Assembly (NCBI GenBank): GCA_041663025.1
Contig: JBAZRE010000003.1
Location: 2,157 to 66,156, forward strand
Source: Minisyncoccota bacterium
Lineage (GTDB): Bacteria > Patescibacteriota > Minisyncoccia > Phycocordibacterales > Phycocordibacteraceae
Direction: 5' to 3'
DNA: 64,000 bases
The notes below the pieces were generated by a model. It worked only from the letters and a program-made list of their open reading frames with translations, made no database searches and had not been told where the DNA came from. This document shows, piece by piece, positions 32,939 to 43,738 of the stretch. Numbering within the stretch: position 1 is the stretch's first letter; each line of letters opens with the position of its first letter. Position numbers and translations under genes: made by a program.

Positions 32939-34597
32939 ATGGAAGAGCGAATCAAAAAAGCAGTTGGCGAGGCACTCATGAAGATGGGTGCTGGCGAGGT
33001 CGCGTTTGTGGTCGAACGGCCTGCAGACATGCGGCACGGCGACTACACGACCAATGCCGCGATGGCGGCAGCAAAGAAGCTGGGGAAGAACTCGCGCGAG
33101 CTTGCTGATGAGCTTGCGCGAGTATTGATCGATGAACTGGACAAAGACACCGCGAGCTATGTTGCCGTTGCGGGGCCAGGATTTGTGAACATCACTCTCG
33201 CACCAGAAGCGATTGCACTTGCTGTTGCCGAGGCGGATGCAAAAAAAGAAGAGTGGGGTATGGGTAGCGTGAATAGTGAGCAAAGAGTGCTGATTGAATA
33301 CACTGACCCGAATCCGTTTAAAGAGATGCACATCGGGCACTTGATGAGCAATGTAATTGGCGAGTCGCTCGCGCGACTTATCGAGAATGAGAATGCAACA
33401 GTCATTCGTGCCAATTATCAAGGCGACGTCGGGCCGCACGTCGCTAAGGCGCTTTGGGGCTTGCAGAGGGCGGGCACGAGCGAGCCGGTAACCGCAAAAG
33501 AAATCGGCACCGCCTATGCCGCAGGATCGCTCGCATATGAAGACTCGCCTGAAGCAAAAGCAGAAGTTGATGCATTAAATCAAGAAATCTATGCAGGTAA
33601 GAATCATGAGCTGATGGAGCTCTGGCGCAAGGGTCGTGACGTGTCGCTCGAGGCGTTTGAACAACTCTACAAAATATTAGGGACGCATTTTGATTACTAT
33701 TTCTACGAGAGTGAAACAGCGGATCCAGGATTGCGTATCGTGCATGATGGTATCAAACAGGGAGTTTTTGAAGAAAGCGAGGGCGCGATTATTTATCGCG
33801 GCGAAAAGAAAGGATTGCACACGCTTGTTTTCATCACAAGCAAAGGCACACCAACGTATGAGGCAAAGGATATTGGTCTCGCTTTTTTGAAAGAGGAACG
33901 GGTGCAGAGCGACCGTTCGATTATCGTGACCGCATCAGAACAGATTGGGCATTTTAAGGTATTTCTTGCGGCGCTTAATGAAATCGCGCATCTCATTGCA
34001 AAGAAAACAGTGCATGTGCCGCATGGATTCTTGCGGCTCACAACAGGGAAGATGTCTTCGCGCGAAGGTAATGTCATCACGGCGGAATCGCTCATAAAAG
34101 ACATTATCAAGAAGGCAAGCGAGAAGAATGCGGATCCGCTTATCGCCGAGCAGGTCGCGCTCGGCGCGATTAAATACATGATTCTGCGACAAGCGCCGGG
34201 CTCGGACATCATTTTTGATCCGGAGAAGTCACTCTCGCTTGAGGGTGACTCTGGGCCGTATCTGCAGTATGCACTAGTCCGAGCACGTTCCGTGCTCGAG
34301 AAAGCACGAAGCACGAAGCACGAAGCACGAAACGAAAAACCAGAAATGCCGTACCGATTAGAGCGCCTGGTCGTGCATTTCCCTGAAGTTACTGCGCGTG
34401 CAGCGAGCGAGCTCGCGCCAAACTTGCTGGTGAACTATCTCACCGAGCTCGCGGGAGAGTGGAACTCATTTTATGCACAAGAAAAAATCATTGGCGGCGA
34501 GAATGAAGCACATAAACTTATGATTGCGCGTGCATTCATCAACACAATGACCAGAGGTCTAGCTCTCCTGGGTATCCCCACACCAGAGAGGATGTAA
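32939..34597 (+). CDS. argS: Arginyl-tRNA synthetase
   Basis: Internal ATG (MEERIKKAVGEAL) of track ORF 32684..34597. HIGH-region variant PNPFKEMHIGHLMS, a KMSSRE-like degenerate KMSKS, and a DALR anticodon-binding domain. Confidence 0.85.
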   Translation: MEERIKKAVGEALMKMGAGEVAFVVERPADMRHGDYTTNAAMAAAKKLGKNSRELADELARVLIDELDKDTASYVAVAGPGFVNITLAPEAIALAVAEADAKKEEWGMGSVNSEQRVLIEYTDPNPFKEMHIGHLMSNVIGESLARLIENENATVIRANYQGDVGPHVAKALWGLQRAGTSEPVTAKEIGTAYAAGSLAYEDSPEAKAEVDALNQEIYAGKNHELMELWRKGRDVSLEAFEQLYKILGTHFDYYFYESETADPGLRIVHDGIKQGVFEESEGAIIYRGEKKGLHTLVFITSKGTPTYEAKDIGLAFLKEERVQSDRSIIVTASEQIGHFKVFLAALNEIAHLIAKKTVHVPHGFLRLTTGKMSSREGNVITAESLIKDIIKKASEKNADPLIAEQVALGAIKYMILRQAPGSDIIFDPEKSLSLEGDSGPYLQYALVRARSVLEKARSTKHEARNEKPEMPYRLERLVVHFPEVTARAASELAPNLLVNYLTELAGEWNSFYAQEKIIGGENEAHKLMIARAFINTMTRGLALLGIPTPERM

Positions 34598-34697
34598 GTT
34601 TGGTAGTGAACATTGCGTGAAGTTTTTTGCGTGCTATATTCTCAATCGGACTGCACAGTTCCATAAACCCTTAAATCCAGACAAGGAGGAGGAAGGT

Positions 34698-35024
34698 ATG
34701 ACAAAAAGAGAAAAGAATTCCCTTCACACGGTTAAACAAGCGATAAAGAAAATCGGTTGTACCCCACAGGAATTTTTTGAGCGTGCGGTGGCTGAAAAGA
34801 CCACTCCGCGCAACTTCAGTCTCAGTACCGAGGTGGAGAACTTTTTTCGTTTGGAAAGGGGAAAGGGAATAAAAATTCCGCACGAAATCCCGAGAGTTAT
34901 CGTCGCCCATGCTGAGGAGATAAATCTACAAAAGGACTACAGTGCAAGATTTAGTCACCTTCATCCGAGCATAATAATGGCTCGAGTTTCGTCAGGCAGA
35001 GTAACGTCTGGTATTTCGGCATAA
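34698..35024 (+). CDS. Hypothetical small protein
   Basis: Internal ATG preceded by strong RBS caaggaggaggaagg. 108 aa with no motif. Confidence 0.4.
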   Translation: MTKREKNSLHTVKQAIKKIGCTPQEFFERAVAEKTTPRNFSLSTEVENFFRLERGKGIKIPHEIPRVIVAHAEEINLQKDYSARFSHLHPSIIMARVSSGRVTSGISA

Positions 35025-35113
35025 TTCCGAAAACAAAAAGATTCGATTTAGTGGCCGCAAAAGTAATTGCGGCCATTTTCATTTTTGCCCAATCAACGCT
35101 AGGATAAACGATT

Positions 35114-38100
35114 ATGGCTGACACCACCTTGAAGTCAGAGGTCGCGAAGCGCGAAGAGGCGATTCTCGCCTTTTGGGAGCGCGAGCACATCTTCGAGAAG
35201 TCACTCGCCAAGGACGCCCCCAAAGGCGATTTCATATTTTATGAAGGGCCACCGACTGCCAATGGCAAACCAGGCATTCACCACCTCGAGGCGCGCGCTT
35301 TCAAAGACGCGATTCCGCGCTACAAGACAATGCGTGGGTATCGTGTAAATCGCCGTGCTGGTTGGGACACGCACGGTCTCCCTGTTGAGTTGCAAGTCGA
35401 AAAAGAGCTTGGCTTCTCGGGGAAGCCGGACATAGAGAAATACGGCATCGCCGCATTCAACAAAAAATGTCGAGAGAGTGTTTTCACATATATCGATCTT
35501 TGGGCAAAATTTACCAAACGTATTGGCTATTGGGTCGATGAGACAAAAGCATATTTCACCTTCGATAGCGCGTATATGGAGGTGCTCTGGTACCTCTTCG
35601 CGCAGACGGCGAAGGACGGCCGGCTCTATAAAGACTACAAGGTGGTGCCTTGGTGTCCGCGCTGCGGCACAGCACTCTCTTCGCACGAGCTCGCGCAGGG
35701 CTATGAAGATGTAAAAGATCTCACCATCACGGCGAAGTTTGAATTAGTTAATGAACCGGGGACTTTTCTTCTTGCATGGACGACAACACCATGGACACTT
35801 CCTGGTAACGTTGCTCTCGCGATCGGTGGAAATATTGCATATGGTAAGTACGAGAGAGACGGAGTACTCGTTATTCTTGCAGACACACGGGCAGCAGAGG
35901 TGCTTGGGGAAGAATGGAGACGTGTCGAAGGAGTTTCGGCATCGTTACTGGTCGGCAAAACATATAAGCCGCTTTACGATTTTGCAAAAAATCTTGCAGC
36001 AGAAAGTGAAAAGCCAAAATTTCAAAAGGCATTTCAAGTATATGCGGCAGACTTCGTCACCACTGAAGAGGGTACAGGCATCGTGCATACCGCGGTGATG
36101 TATGGACAAGAAGATTTTGAATTAGGAAATAAAATTGGTTTGCCGAAGGTTCACCTCGTGAATCCAGAAGGAAAGTTTATTGAAGGGACAGAGCTTCTCT
36201 CTGGGGTGTCGGTTGTGGAAGAAGAAACATCAGTTGAGATACTCAAAGACCTACAGGCACGCGGTCTTCTTTTCAAAAAAGAGCCATACACGCACTCATA
36301 TCCATTTTGTTGGCGCTGCAAGACGCGACTCATCTATTATGCGCGCGATTCGTGGTATATCCGTATGGATGATTTACGCGAGAAGCTTGTTGCGGAGAAT
36401 AAGAAAATTAATTGGGAACCAAAATATATCCGCGATGGGCGCATGGGTGAGTGGCTTGCGAATGCTAAAGATTGGGCGATAAGCCGTGAGCGCTATTGGG
36501 GTACACCGCTCCCGATCTGGCGCAGCGCTGACGGGAGTGAACAGGTAGTCGTTGATTCGATTGACATGCTGAAGAAGCACATCAAAAAATCTGGTAACAC
36601 CTATTTCGTCATGCGTCATGGCGAATGCGAAAGTAATGTTCAGAAGATTTTTGATGTGAATAGCCGGACAACTAATGGTCTGACTGAAAAAGGGAAGAGT
36701 GAGGCGGAAGCGAGCGGAAAAGATATTGTGGCGAAGGGTATCACCAAGATATATGCGTCACCACTCTTGCGAACGCGCGAAACGGCAGAGATCGTTGCTG
36801 AAAAAGTCGGTATCTCGAAAGACGACATTGTGTACGACGAGCGACTGCACGAGCTTAACGTTGGAGCGTTTGACGGCACGGCTGCGATAGAAGATTTCTG
36901 CGAATTTAGACGCGTGCACGGCATCACAGAACCAATCGAAGGAGGGGAGAGTTATCTTGATGCCATACGGCGTTTCGGCTCATTCCTATATGAAATTGAA
37001 GAGACCCTTCATGATGAACGAGTGCTGATTGTTTCGCATGGCGTCTCGTGGAAAGCATTCATTGCGATCGTCGAGGGTCTCGGACAAAAGGAGGCATGGG
37101 AGGGTGTCCTCTCGAAAGAAACCAAACTGAAAAAAGCAGAATTTCGCGAAATACCTTTCATCTCGTTACCCCATAATGAGAACTATGAACTCGATCTCCA
37201 TCGACCATACATTGACGATGTCGTACTTGTTTCTGAGAATGGCACGGAATTACGGAGAACGTCTGAAGTGATGGACGTGTGGTTTGACTCGGGTGCGATG
37301 CCATTTGCGCAGGCGGCCAAAGAGTGTGAGTGTGAATCAGTTGAAGCTTTCCTAAAGAAGATAGAATATCCAGCAGACTTTATTTGTGAAGCGATCGATC
37401 AAACGCGCGGTTGGTTTTATACGCTTCTTGCGGTCGGAACACTTGCAGGGCGTGGTGCTGCTTTTAAGAACGTCATCTCACTCGGACACCTACTTGATGC
37501 TGAAGGTCAGAAGATGAGTAAGTCAAAAGGGAACGTGGTTGATCCGTGGGTTGAAATTGATAGATGGGGTGTCGATGCAGTGCGCTTCTGGATGTACAGC
37601 GTGACACAGGCGGGCGACACAAAAAATTATGATGAGAAGACAATGCGCGAAGCCGCGAGAGTTCTTTCTTGGATAGAGAACAGCGCAAAGTTTTATGAAT
37701 TATTTAAAGATACTCCTAAGAACAAAACTGAATCGACCGTGATTGATCGTTGGATGCAAGCACGAGTAGATCAGGCGGTCTCAATTGTCACGAACTCTAT
37801 GGATGTCTACCGACCATACGACGCAACACGCGCAATTGCTAATCTCGCTGAGGATCTTTCACAGTGGTATGTGCGCCGCATTCGCGATCGTGTGCGCGAG
37901 GGTGATAGTGCCGCGCTCGCAACACTACGCGACACGCTTCAAGTTTCAGTACTACTTCTCGCACCATTCGCACCATTTATTGCCGAGGATATATATAAGA
38001 AAATGAAGAGCGATAGTGACCCAGAGAGCGTGCATCTCGCTGATTGGCCAAAGATAAAAAAACACTGGAATCTTTTCAGCAGTCCAGAAAAGCTCATTTC

Positions 38101-38479
38101 AGACATGCAAAAAGTACGTGCACTCGCCTCAGAGGCACTCATGCTACGACAAAAAGCTGGGATTAAAGTGCGCCAGCCGCTTGCGAGCCTGACTATCCCA
38201 GACACTCTGACAGATGAACTTTCCGCGATTCTAGCAGAAGAAGTAAATGTGAAAAAAATAATTGTCGGCAAAGAGCTCGCGCTCGACACAAACCTCACAC
38301 CAGAACTTATCAAAGAGGGCGATGAACGCGAGATGGCTCGCGCAGTCGCTGAAGCGCGTAAGACAGAAGGGTTTTCTCAAAAAGATAATGTGCACGAAGA
38401 AGCCAATGCAGAAGGGAAATACACCGTTCTCTTATCAACTGGCGAAGTGCGATTCAACCTGATTCGCAATGCATCATAA
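35114..38479 (+). CDS. ileS: Isoleucyl-tRNA synthetase carrying an in-frame ~190 aa histidine-phosphatase (PGAM-like) domain insertion
   Basis: 1121 aa. HIGH ([14 protein letters not shown]), editing CP1 (TTPWTLPGN), [20 protein letters not shown] (QKMSKSKGN) and the anticodon-binding domain are all present. An extra domain lies between ...PIW and DLHRPYIDD. Confidence 0.9.
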   Translation: MADTTLKSEVAKREEAILAFWEREHIFEKSLAKDAPKGDFIFYEGPPTANGKPGIHHLEARAFKDAIPRYKTMRGYRVNRRAGWDTHGLPVELQVEKELGFSGKPDIEKYGIAAFNKKCRESVFTYIDLWAKFTKRIGYWVDETKAYFTFDSAYMEVLWYLFAQTAKDGRLYKDYKVVPWCPRCGTALSSHELAQGYEDVKDLTITAKFELVNEPGTFLLAWTTTPWTLPGNVALAIGGNIAYGKYERDGVLVILADTRAAEVLGEEWRRVEGVSASLLVGKTYKPLYDFAKNLAAESEKPKFQKAFQVYAADFVTTEEGTGIVHTAVMYGQEDFELGNKIGLPKVHLVNPEGKFIEGTELLSGVSVVEEETSVEILKDLQARGLLFKKEPYTHSYPFCWRCKTRLIYYARDSWYIRMDDLREKLVAENKKINWEPKYIRDGRMGEWLANAKDWAISRERYWGTPLPIWRSADGSEQVVVDSIDMLKKHIKKSGNTYFVMRHGECESNVQKIFDVNSRTTNGLTEKGKSEAEASGKDIVAKGITKIYASPLLRTRETAEIVAEKVGISKDDIVYDERLHELNVGAFDGTAAIEDFCEFRRVHGITEPIEGGESYLDAIRRFGSFLYEIEETLHDERVLIVSHGVSWKAFIAIVEGLGQKEAWEGVLSKETKLKKAEFREIPFISLPHNENYELDLHRPYIDDVVLVSENGTELRRTSEVMDVWFDSGAMPFAQAAKECECESVEAFLKKIEYPADFICEAIDQTRGWFYTLLAVGTLAGRGAAFKNVISLGHLLDAEGQKMSKSKGNVVDPWVEIDRWGVDAVRFWMYSVTQAGDTKNYDEKTMREAARVLSWIENSAKFYELFKDTPKNKTESTVIDRWMQARVDQAVSIVTNSMDVYRPYDATRAIANLAEDLSQWYVRRIRDRVREGDSAALATLRDTLQVSVLLLAPFAPFIAEDIYKKMKSDSDPESVHLADWPKIKKHWNLFSSPEKLISDMQKVRALASEALMLRQKAGIKVRQPLASLTIPDTLTDELSAILAEEVNVKKIIVGKELALDTNLTPELIKEGDEREMARAVAEARKTEGFSQKDNVHEEANAEGKYTVLLSTGEVRFNLIRNAS
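36611..37192 (+). other. Embedded histidine phosphatase superfamily domain within ileS
   Basis: [11 protein letters not shown] (RHG catalytic His motif), [12 protein letters not shown] (phosphate-binding Arg), IVSHGVSW (second catalytic His): the three hallmark motifs in the correct order and spacing. Confidence 0.75.
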
Positions 38480-39038
38480 ATACGAAACACGCGGTATTGT
38501 GCTCTCACGCACACCTATGGGAGAAGCGAATGCGCTGGTCACCGTGCTCACGCCAGAAGTAGGGCTTGTGCGGGCTCGTGCACAAGGGGTGCGTCGGATG
38601 GGTGCCAAGCTTGCGGCTGCTCTCGCAACGTTTGCTGAGAGCGAATTGGTGCTGGTGCGCGGGAAGGAGAGCTGGCGTATCGCAGGTGCGGTGCTTTATG
38701 AAAATTGGTTTTCGCGAATGAACTGCACTTCAGCACGATTGAGGGCAGCACGTGTTTCTGGTCTCCTCTTGCGACTCGTAGCTGGCGAATCAAATGATGA
38801 AAAACTTTTTTCTATTCTTACTGGATTTTTTGCCGCTCTCGCGACTTTTCCTGAAGAGCTTCATGAGGCTGCCGAAACGCTCGCAGTGCTCCGCATTCTC
38901 TCTATACTCGGGCTCGACACCGGAAGTATTCCCGGAGACGAGATCCTCTTTGCACAATCAACACTTGCTGCCGTTAAGAACGATCGTGTGAAGTACCTGA
39001 CGCGCATTAATCACGGTATTGAAGCCTCAGGTCTTTGA
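38469..39038 (+). CDS. recO: DNA repair protein RecO (short form)
   Basis: 189 aa. N-terminal OB fold [39 protein letters not shown] typical of RecO. Confidence 0.7.
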   Translation: MHHKYETRGIVLSRTPMGEANALVTVLTPEVGLVRARAQGVRRMGAKLAAALATFAESELVLVRGKESWRIAGAVLYENWFSRMNCTSARLRAARVSGLLLRLVAGESNDEKLFSILTGFFAALATFPEELHEAAETLAVLRILSILGLDTGSIPGDEILFAQSTLAAVKNDRVKYLTRINHGIEASGL

Positions 39039-40929
39039 TATACTACATTCCATGCCAACGTTCCCCGAAGATGATACCGGTTCGCTTGAGAAGGCACGAG
39101 CGCGTTTGTATACACCTGGCACACAACAACAAAGTTCGCGCATGCCGCTTTCTGTATCTAAGGAGCGCACACTCCAGCACATGTGGAAAGGAACGTCAGG
39201 AAACACGCCATATTTTGGCAAGCGACATATGCGGCTCGCAAGTGTCTTCTTCACCGCCGCATTTCTTTTCTTCATCGTATCGCTTGGTGTCGCAGGGTAC
39301 CTTCTCTATTACGGCGGTAATGCGGTATCGATCGACAAAGTATCAGTTGATATCCAGGGCCCAACCACGATTGCTGGAGGCGATACAGTTCCACTCTCCC
39401 TTATCATCACAAATAAGAATGCCGTTGCAGTCGAAAACGCTACTATTGAAATTGATTTTCCTGATGGGACACGGAGCGCAGCTGACGTGCAGAACACCTA
39501 TCCTCGCTACATAGAGAATCTTGGAACACTCGCGAGTGGGGCAACGGTGACTCGTTCGGTGAAAGTCATCTTATTCGGTGGCGCTGGAGAGGCATTGACA
39601 CTGCCGGTCTCTCTATCTTATGGAACGGCCGCTTCAAATGCGGTGTTTGTGAAAAAGACCTCGTATGCACTCGCAGTTTCCTCGACACCACTCTCGGTCT
39701 CCGTTGATGCGCCGACCGAGATTGTCGCTGGCAAACCATTCACGCTCACGCTCACTGCTCGCAGCAACGCGACCGTACCGTTGAATAATGTAGTACTCGC
39801 TGGAGCGTTCCCATTCGGTTTTTCAGTTACTTCATCTTCAGTTCCTCTCACTGACTCGAGCTTTTTGCTCGGAACACTTTCACCAAACACCAGCAAGATC
39901 GTTACATTGACGGGAGTGCTTATCGGTCAAGACAATGAGCAGCGAGTCTTTCATTTCACCATTGGAACAGCGAAGACCGCGGATGATTCTGAACTTGCCG
40001 TGACCTATCTGACTCAGGATGCGACAGTGACAGTTGCTTCTCCATTCATCAACACGACATTAGCGGTCAATGGTGACACCTCAGATACTGTTGTTGTAGG
40101 TCCCGGGAGTCGTCAGAGTGTGTCGGTCTCTTATACAAACACGCTTCCAATAAGCGTTATGAATGCAACAGTAGCTATCGCCATCTCCGGATCAGCGATT
40201 GACTACAGCAGTATTCAGACATCACGCGGTTTTTACCGTTCGAGTGACCACACGATTGTTTTCAGTCGGGATACCGACCCATCTCTCGCTACTCTCGCGC
40301 CAGGTGCTTCAGGTATCGGCGTGTTCACATTCTCGACACTCGCGTCTAGCATGCTCTCTGCATCACCGATGATAACGTTCACTGTTTCAGCATCTGGCAC
40401 ACAATCGGGGCAAACGAGTGCCACCGAGGACATGAGTGCCTCGACGATTAAAACGGTGAAAGTTGCGACATCTGTAGCTCTCACATCCTCATCTCTCCAT
40501 AACACGGGGTCTTTGAACAACATCGGTCCCATCCCACCGCGTGCTGATCAGGCGACGACCTACACTATCGTTTGGAATGTAAAGAATTCGGGGAGCTCTG
40601 TTGCAGGCGGCACAGTTTCAGCCACCCTTCCTAGCTATGTCTCCTATACCGGCGTGGCAACTGGAGGATTTTCTTATAACGAGAGCTCCCATTCTATGAC
40701 GTGGAGCACAGGCGATCTAGCACAGGGCACAACTGCGCAAGGGGCATTCCAAGTCTCTCTCACCCCATCTACTTCACAGAAGGGGATGGCGCCTATGATT
40801 GCAAGCGCAGCATCATTCTCGGGGTATGATCGTTTTGCTGGCGTGAAAGTCTCTGCGAGAGCGGATGCGGTGACGACAGAAACGAAGGAAGATCTTGGGT
40901 ATACCGGTGCGAACGCAATTGTGCAGTGA
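39019..40929 (+). CDS. Membrane-anchored surface protein with repeated beta-rich domains (DUF11/CARDB-like)
   Basis: 636 aa. One TM helix (LASVFFTAAFLFFIVSLGVAGYLLYY) then Ser/Thr/Val-rich repeated about 100 aa modules. Start codon uncertain. Confidence 0.5.
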   Translation: MKPQVFDILHSMPTFPEDDTGSLEKARARLYTPGTQQQSSRMPLSVSKERTLQHMWKGTSGNTPYFGKRHMRLASVFFTAAFLFFIVSLGVAGYLLYYGGNAVSIDKVSVDIQGPTTIAGGDTVPLSLIITNKNAVAVENATIEIDFPDGTRSAADVQNTYPRYIENLGTLASGATVTRSVKVILFGGAGEALTLPVSLSYGTAASNAVFVKKTSYALAVSSTPLSVSVDAPTEIVAGKPFTLTLTARSNATVPLNNVVLAGAFPFGFSVTSSSVPLTDSSFLLGTLSPNTSKIVTLTGVLIGQDNEQRVFHFTIGTAKTADDSELAVTYLTQDATVTVASPFINTTLAVNGDTSDTVVVGPGSRQSVSVSYTNTLPISVMNATVAIAISGSAIDYSSIQTSRGFYRSSDHTIVFSRDTDPSLATLAPGASGIGVFTFSTLASSMLSASPMITFTVSASGTQSGQTSATEDMSASTIKTVKVATSVALTSSSLHNTGSLNNIGPIPPRADQATTYTIVWNVKNSGSSVAGGTVSATLPSYVSYTGVATGGFSYNESSHSMTWSTGDLAQGTTAQGAFQVSLTPSTSQKGMAPMIASAASFSGYDRFAGVKVSARADAVTTETKEDLGYTGANAIVQ

Positions 40930-41069
40930 GCACGATAAAAAATCCTCATCTGCTGCGTTATGGGTCCCAATGATTTTTTCCGTCGTACCTCTGGTACGCC
41001 TCCAAAAATCATTTGCCCATGCCTTGCATCTAAGGGCTTTTTACCGCACTCTATAGTATATAACTCTAT

Positions 41070-42470
41070 ATGACTGACTCAAACTTGATGGAAAAAATAG
41101 TCTCGCTCTGCAAGCGTCGCGGATTCGTGTTTCCCTCATCTGACATATATGGAGGATTCGCTGGTGTGTATGACTTCGGTCCACTTGGCGTCGAACTCGA
41201 GAATAATCTCAAGGCACAGTGGTGGCGCAAGATGGTATATGAGCGAGACGATATTGTCGGGCTCGATTCGAGTATCTTCATGCATCCAAAGATTTGGGAG
41301 GCAAGTGGGCATACGAATGGATTTTCTGATCCTATGGCGGAGTGCAAAGATTGCAATACTCGCATCCGTGTCGATAAGGCGCTTGAATCCATCGGCATTA
41401 CTGCTGACGAGAAGATGAGCGAGAACGAGATAAACGATCTCTTTGATGCACATCGAAAAGAAATTGCTTGTGAGAAATGTGGAAATCACAATTTCTCGAA
41501 TGCGCGGAAATTTAATTTGCTCGTGCAATCAAATCTCGGTGACTTCACTGAGCAGGGTACCAATCCTTCGTATCTGCGCGGAGAAACATGCCAGGGTATT
41601 TATGTAAATTATAAAAACGTGCTTGATTCAAATCCGATGAAATTGCCGTTTGGCATCGCACAGATCGGGAAAGCATTTCGAAATGAGATATCACCGCGGC
41701 AATTCCTCTTCCGCACACGTGAGTTTGAGCAGATGGAAATGCAGTATTTCACGCGACCAGAACAGGAAATGGAGGAATATAAAAAACTAAAAGAATATCG
41801 TTGGAATGCAGTTCTAGATCTTGGTCTGCAAGAAAAGAATCTTCGCTGGAAACAGCATGAAAATCTCGTGTTTTATGCGAAGGACGCGTGGGACATCGAA
41901 TACGCATTCCCTTGGGGCTTTGATGAACTTGAGGGTGTTCATGCGCGTGGCGACTATGATCTCACACAGCATTCAAAAGGGAGTGGAAAGACACTTGATT
42001 ATTTTGACCAAGATACCAATGAGCGTTTCATCCCGCACATCATAGAATCTTCTGGAGGTGTTGGGCGCTTATTCCTCGCAGTGCTCACTGATGCATATCG
42101 CGAAGATGAGTTGGGTGGAGAGGTGCGCACCTATCTCGCGCTCGCGCCGAAGATCGCGCCGGTGAAGGCGATGGTCTCGCCGCTTTTGAAAAATAAACCA
42201 GAGCTCGTCGAGAAGGCGCGCGAGGTGCGCACGGAACTACAGAAAATTCATCCAGCCATCGCGTGGGACGACAACGGCAATATCGGCAAGCGTTATCGCC
42301 GTCAAGATGAGATCGGTACACCATTCTGCATCACAATCGACTTCGACACTTTGGGAGAAAACCCAGAATTAACAGACACTGTCACTCTGCGTCATCGCGA
42401 CACCGGCGAACAAGAACGTCTTACCATTTCTCAAATACTTGACAAGATAAAAGAAGCGTGTATACTTTAA
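41070..42470 (+). CDS. glyQS: Glycyl-tRNA synthetase (alpha2 dimeric type)
   Basis: 466 aa. Class II motifs, GlyRS-specific N-terminus (KRRGFVFPSSDIYGGFAGVYDFGPLG) and a C-terminal anticodon-binding domain. Confidence 0.9.
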   Translation: MTDSNLMEKIVSLCKRRGFVFPSSDIYGGFAGVYDFGPLGVELENNLKAQWWRKMVYERDDIVGLDSSIFMHPKIWEASGHTNGFSDPMAECKDCNTRIRVDKALESIGITADEKMSENEINDLFDAHRKEIACEKCGNHNFSNARKFNLLVQSNLGDFTEQGTNPSYLRGETCQGIYVNYKNVLDSNPMKLPFGIAQIGKAFRNEISPRQFLFRTREFEQMEMQYFTRPEQEMEEYKKLKEYRWNAVLDLGLQEKNLRWKQHENLVFYAKDAWDIEYAFPWGFDELEGVHARGDYDLTQHSKGSGKTLDYFDQDTNERFIPHIIESSGGVGRLFLAVLTDAYREDELGGEVRTYLALAPKIAPVKAMVSPLLKNKPELVEKAREVRTELQKIHPAIAWDDNGNIGKRYRRQDEIGTPFCITIDFDTLGENPELTDTVTLRHRDTGEQERLTISQILDKIKEACIL

Positions 42471-42553
42471 TATAGACAGTACGTTGAAAGGTGCAAGAGG
42501 AATAATCCGCTTGCAAGACATGCATGCCCTGAGAAAGGGAAAGGAGAGCGGAA

Positions 42554-43252
42554 ATGAAGAAAGACATGTTAGGTTCGATAGTACGCGCGGCAGTGGGTGT
42601 CCCTCAAAATCGGCTTGAAGTGCTCGCCAAAATCGCGAGTGCGATCGCAGAGGACAACCCGAATGGCAACGAGTGGTTCTCTCGTTTCGAGAATCTACTC
42701 AAAGAAGAGTTGTCTTCTAAAACGGCAGTCGTATTCGAGCGCAATGAATATGGCCACATCGTGTTCACGATCACAGGTCTCGATCTCACTGGCGCACAAG
42801 AGATTACACGGCTCACGGATGCAAAGTATCGCATCGGCGACTACGCTAAGCAGATGCTCACGAGCACGAAGCCCGATGGGTATGATGCGAAGCATAGACT
42901 CGTCGCGGGGCAGTCGTACATGATCGTTCTCATTCCTGGTAAGGAGATTGAGAACGACTCCGGCCGCACGACTGCAAATCTGCAGAAGCTCGGTGAAAAG
43001 CTCGGCTACGACAAACCGCTTGCCGGAATCGTCCAGCGCATTCGCGAGGCGGTCTCTGACAAACAGATGGAAGAAATGGGGTTCTGGTATATCGCCGGGC
43101 TTCATAATCCCATCACGGGTGCCGATGGCCGCCCGGGCGTGCTGGGTGCGGGTCGCGACGATGATGGTCGTTGGCTCTTCGGCTATTGGGGCATTCCCGA
43201 TGGTCATTGGGACGGCGATGGCGCGTTCGCCTTCGTCCTCCCTGCAAGTTAG
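42554..43252 (+). CDS. DGR-2 target (variable) protein; C-terminal ~45 aa encoded by VR2
   Basis: 232 aa with no signal peptide. C-terminus ...ADGRPGVLGAGRDDDGRWLFGYWGIPDGHWDGDGAFAFVLPAS is encoded by VR2. Confidence 0.8.
   Translation: MKKDMLGSIVRAAVGVPQNRLEVLAKIASAIAEDNPNGNEWFSRFENLLKEELSSKTAVVFERNEYGHIVFTITGLDLTGAQEITRLTDAKYRIGDYAKQMLTSTKPDGYDAKHRLVAGQSYMIVLIPGKEIENDSGRTTANLQKLGEKLGYDKPLAGIVQRIREAVSDKQMEEMGFWYIAGLHNPITGADGRPGVLGAGRDDDGRWLFGYWGIPDGHWDGDGAFAFVLPAS
43112..43247 (+). repeat. DGR-2 variable repeat (VR2), 136 bp
   Basis: Aligns with TR2 (43579-43714). I count 22 mismatches, and all are TR adenine to G/T/C in VR. Confidence 0.9.
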
Positions 43253-43302
43253 AACTTGTACCTTCGAATCTTAGGGCTTGCCCTTGGATTCTTAACTCTT
43301 AA

Positions 43303-43328
43303 TCCCGCACTTTAGTGCGGGATTTTGT
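43303..43328 (+). terminator. Intrinsic terminator after DGR-2 target gene
   Basis: cccgcac ttta gtgcggg followed by ATTTTGTT. Confidence 0.6.
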
Positions 43329-43578
43329 TATATTGAAAGAGGTAGTAGGTGAATACGCGGGCGATCACTAGAGCACTAGAGCAATCTTAGGTTTCTCGCT
43401 ACCGAGGCCAGTATCCGTACATTGAGAGCCTGTTAGATTACGGTTTAATAGGGGGGATGTATGCAGACACTTCAAAAATGAAGATACTTGGTGCGCTCGC
43501 TTGGTCCATTTCGATGGCAGATACGATTCAACTCGGAGAGTATTCTATGGGTGGTGGCATTGATGAGCGAGCGTACAA

Positions 43579-43714
43579 ATCACGGATGCCGATGGCAACC
43601 CGAACGTGCTGAATGCGAATCGCAACGATGATGGTCAATGGCTCAACAGCTATTGGGACAATCCCGATAATCATTGGAACGACAATGGCGCGTTCGCCTT
43701 CGTCCTCCCTGCAA
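43579..43714 (+). repeat. DGR-2 template repeat (TR2), 136 bp
   Basis: AAC-rich (ADGNPNVLNANRNDDGQWLNSYWDNPDNHWNDNGAFAFVLPA). Followed by hairpin ctcgctcgt...acgagcgag plus TTTTGTTTTG at 43726-43760. Confidence 0.9.
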
Positions 43715-43738
43715 CTCTCTTCATTTCTCGCTCGTACC

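Noticed and set aside
32828-33439. N-terminal 200 aa of track ORF 31922..33439
   Set aside because: ThyA homology begins at METYKPLERR (32827). The upstream 200 codons are read-through antisense to argS with no similarity to anything.
36590-37192. IleRS insertion as an intein
   Set aside because: No Cys/Ser/Thr at the N-junction plus His-Asn-(Cys/Ser/Thr) at the C-junction, and no Hint blocks. The sequence instead carries the RHG/SHG histidine-phosphatase motifs.
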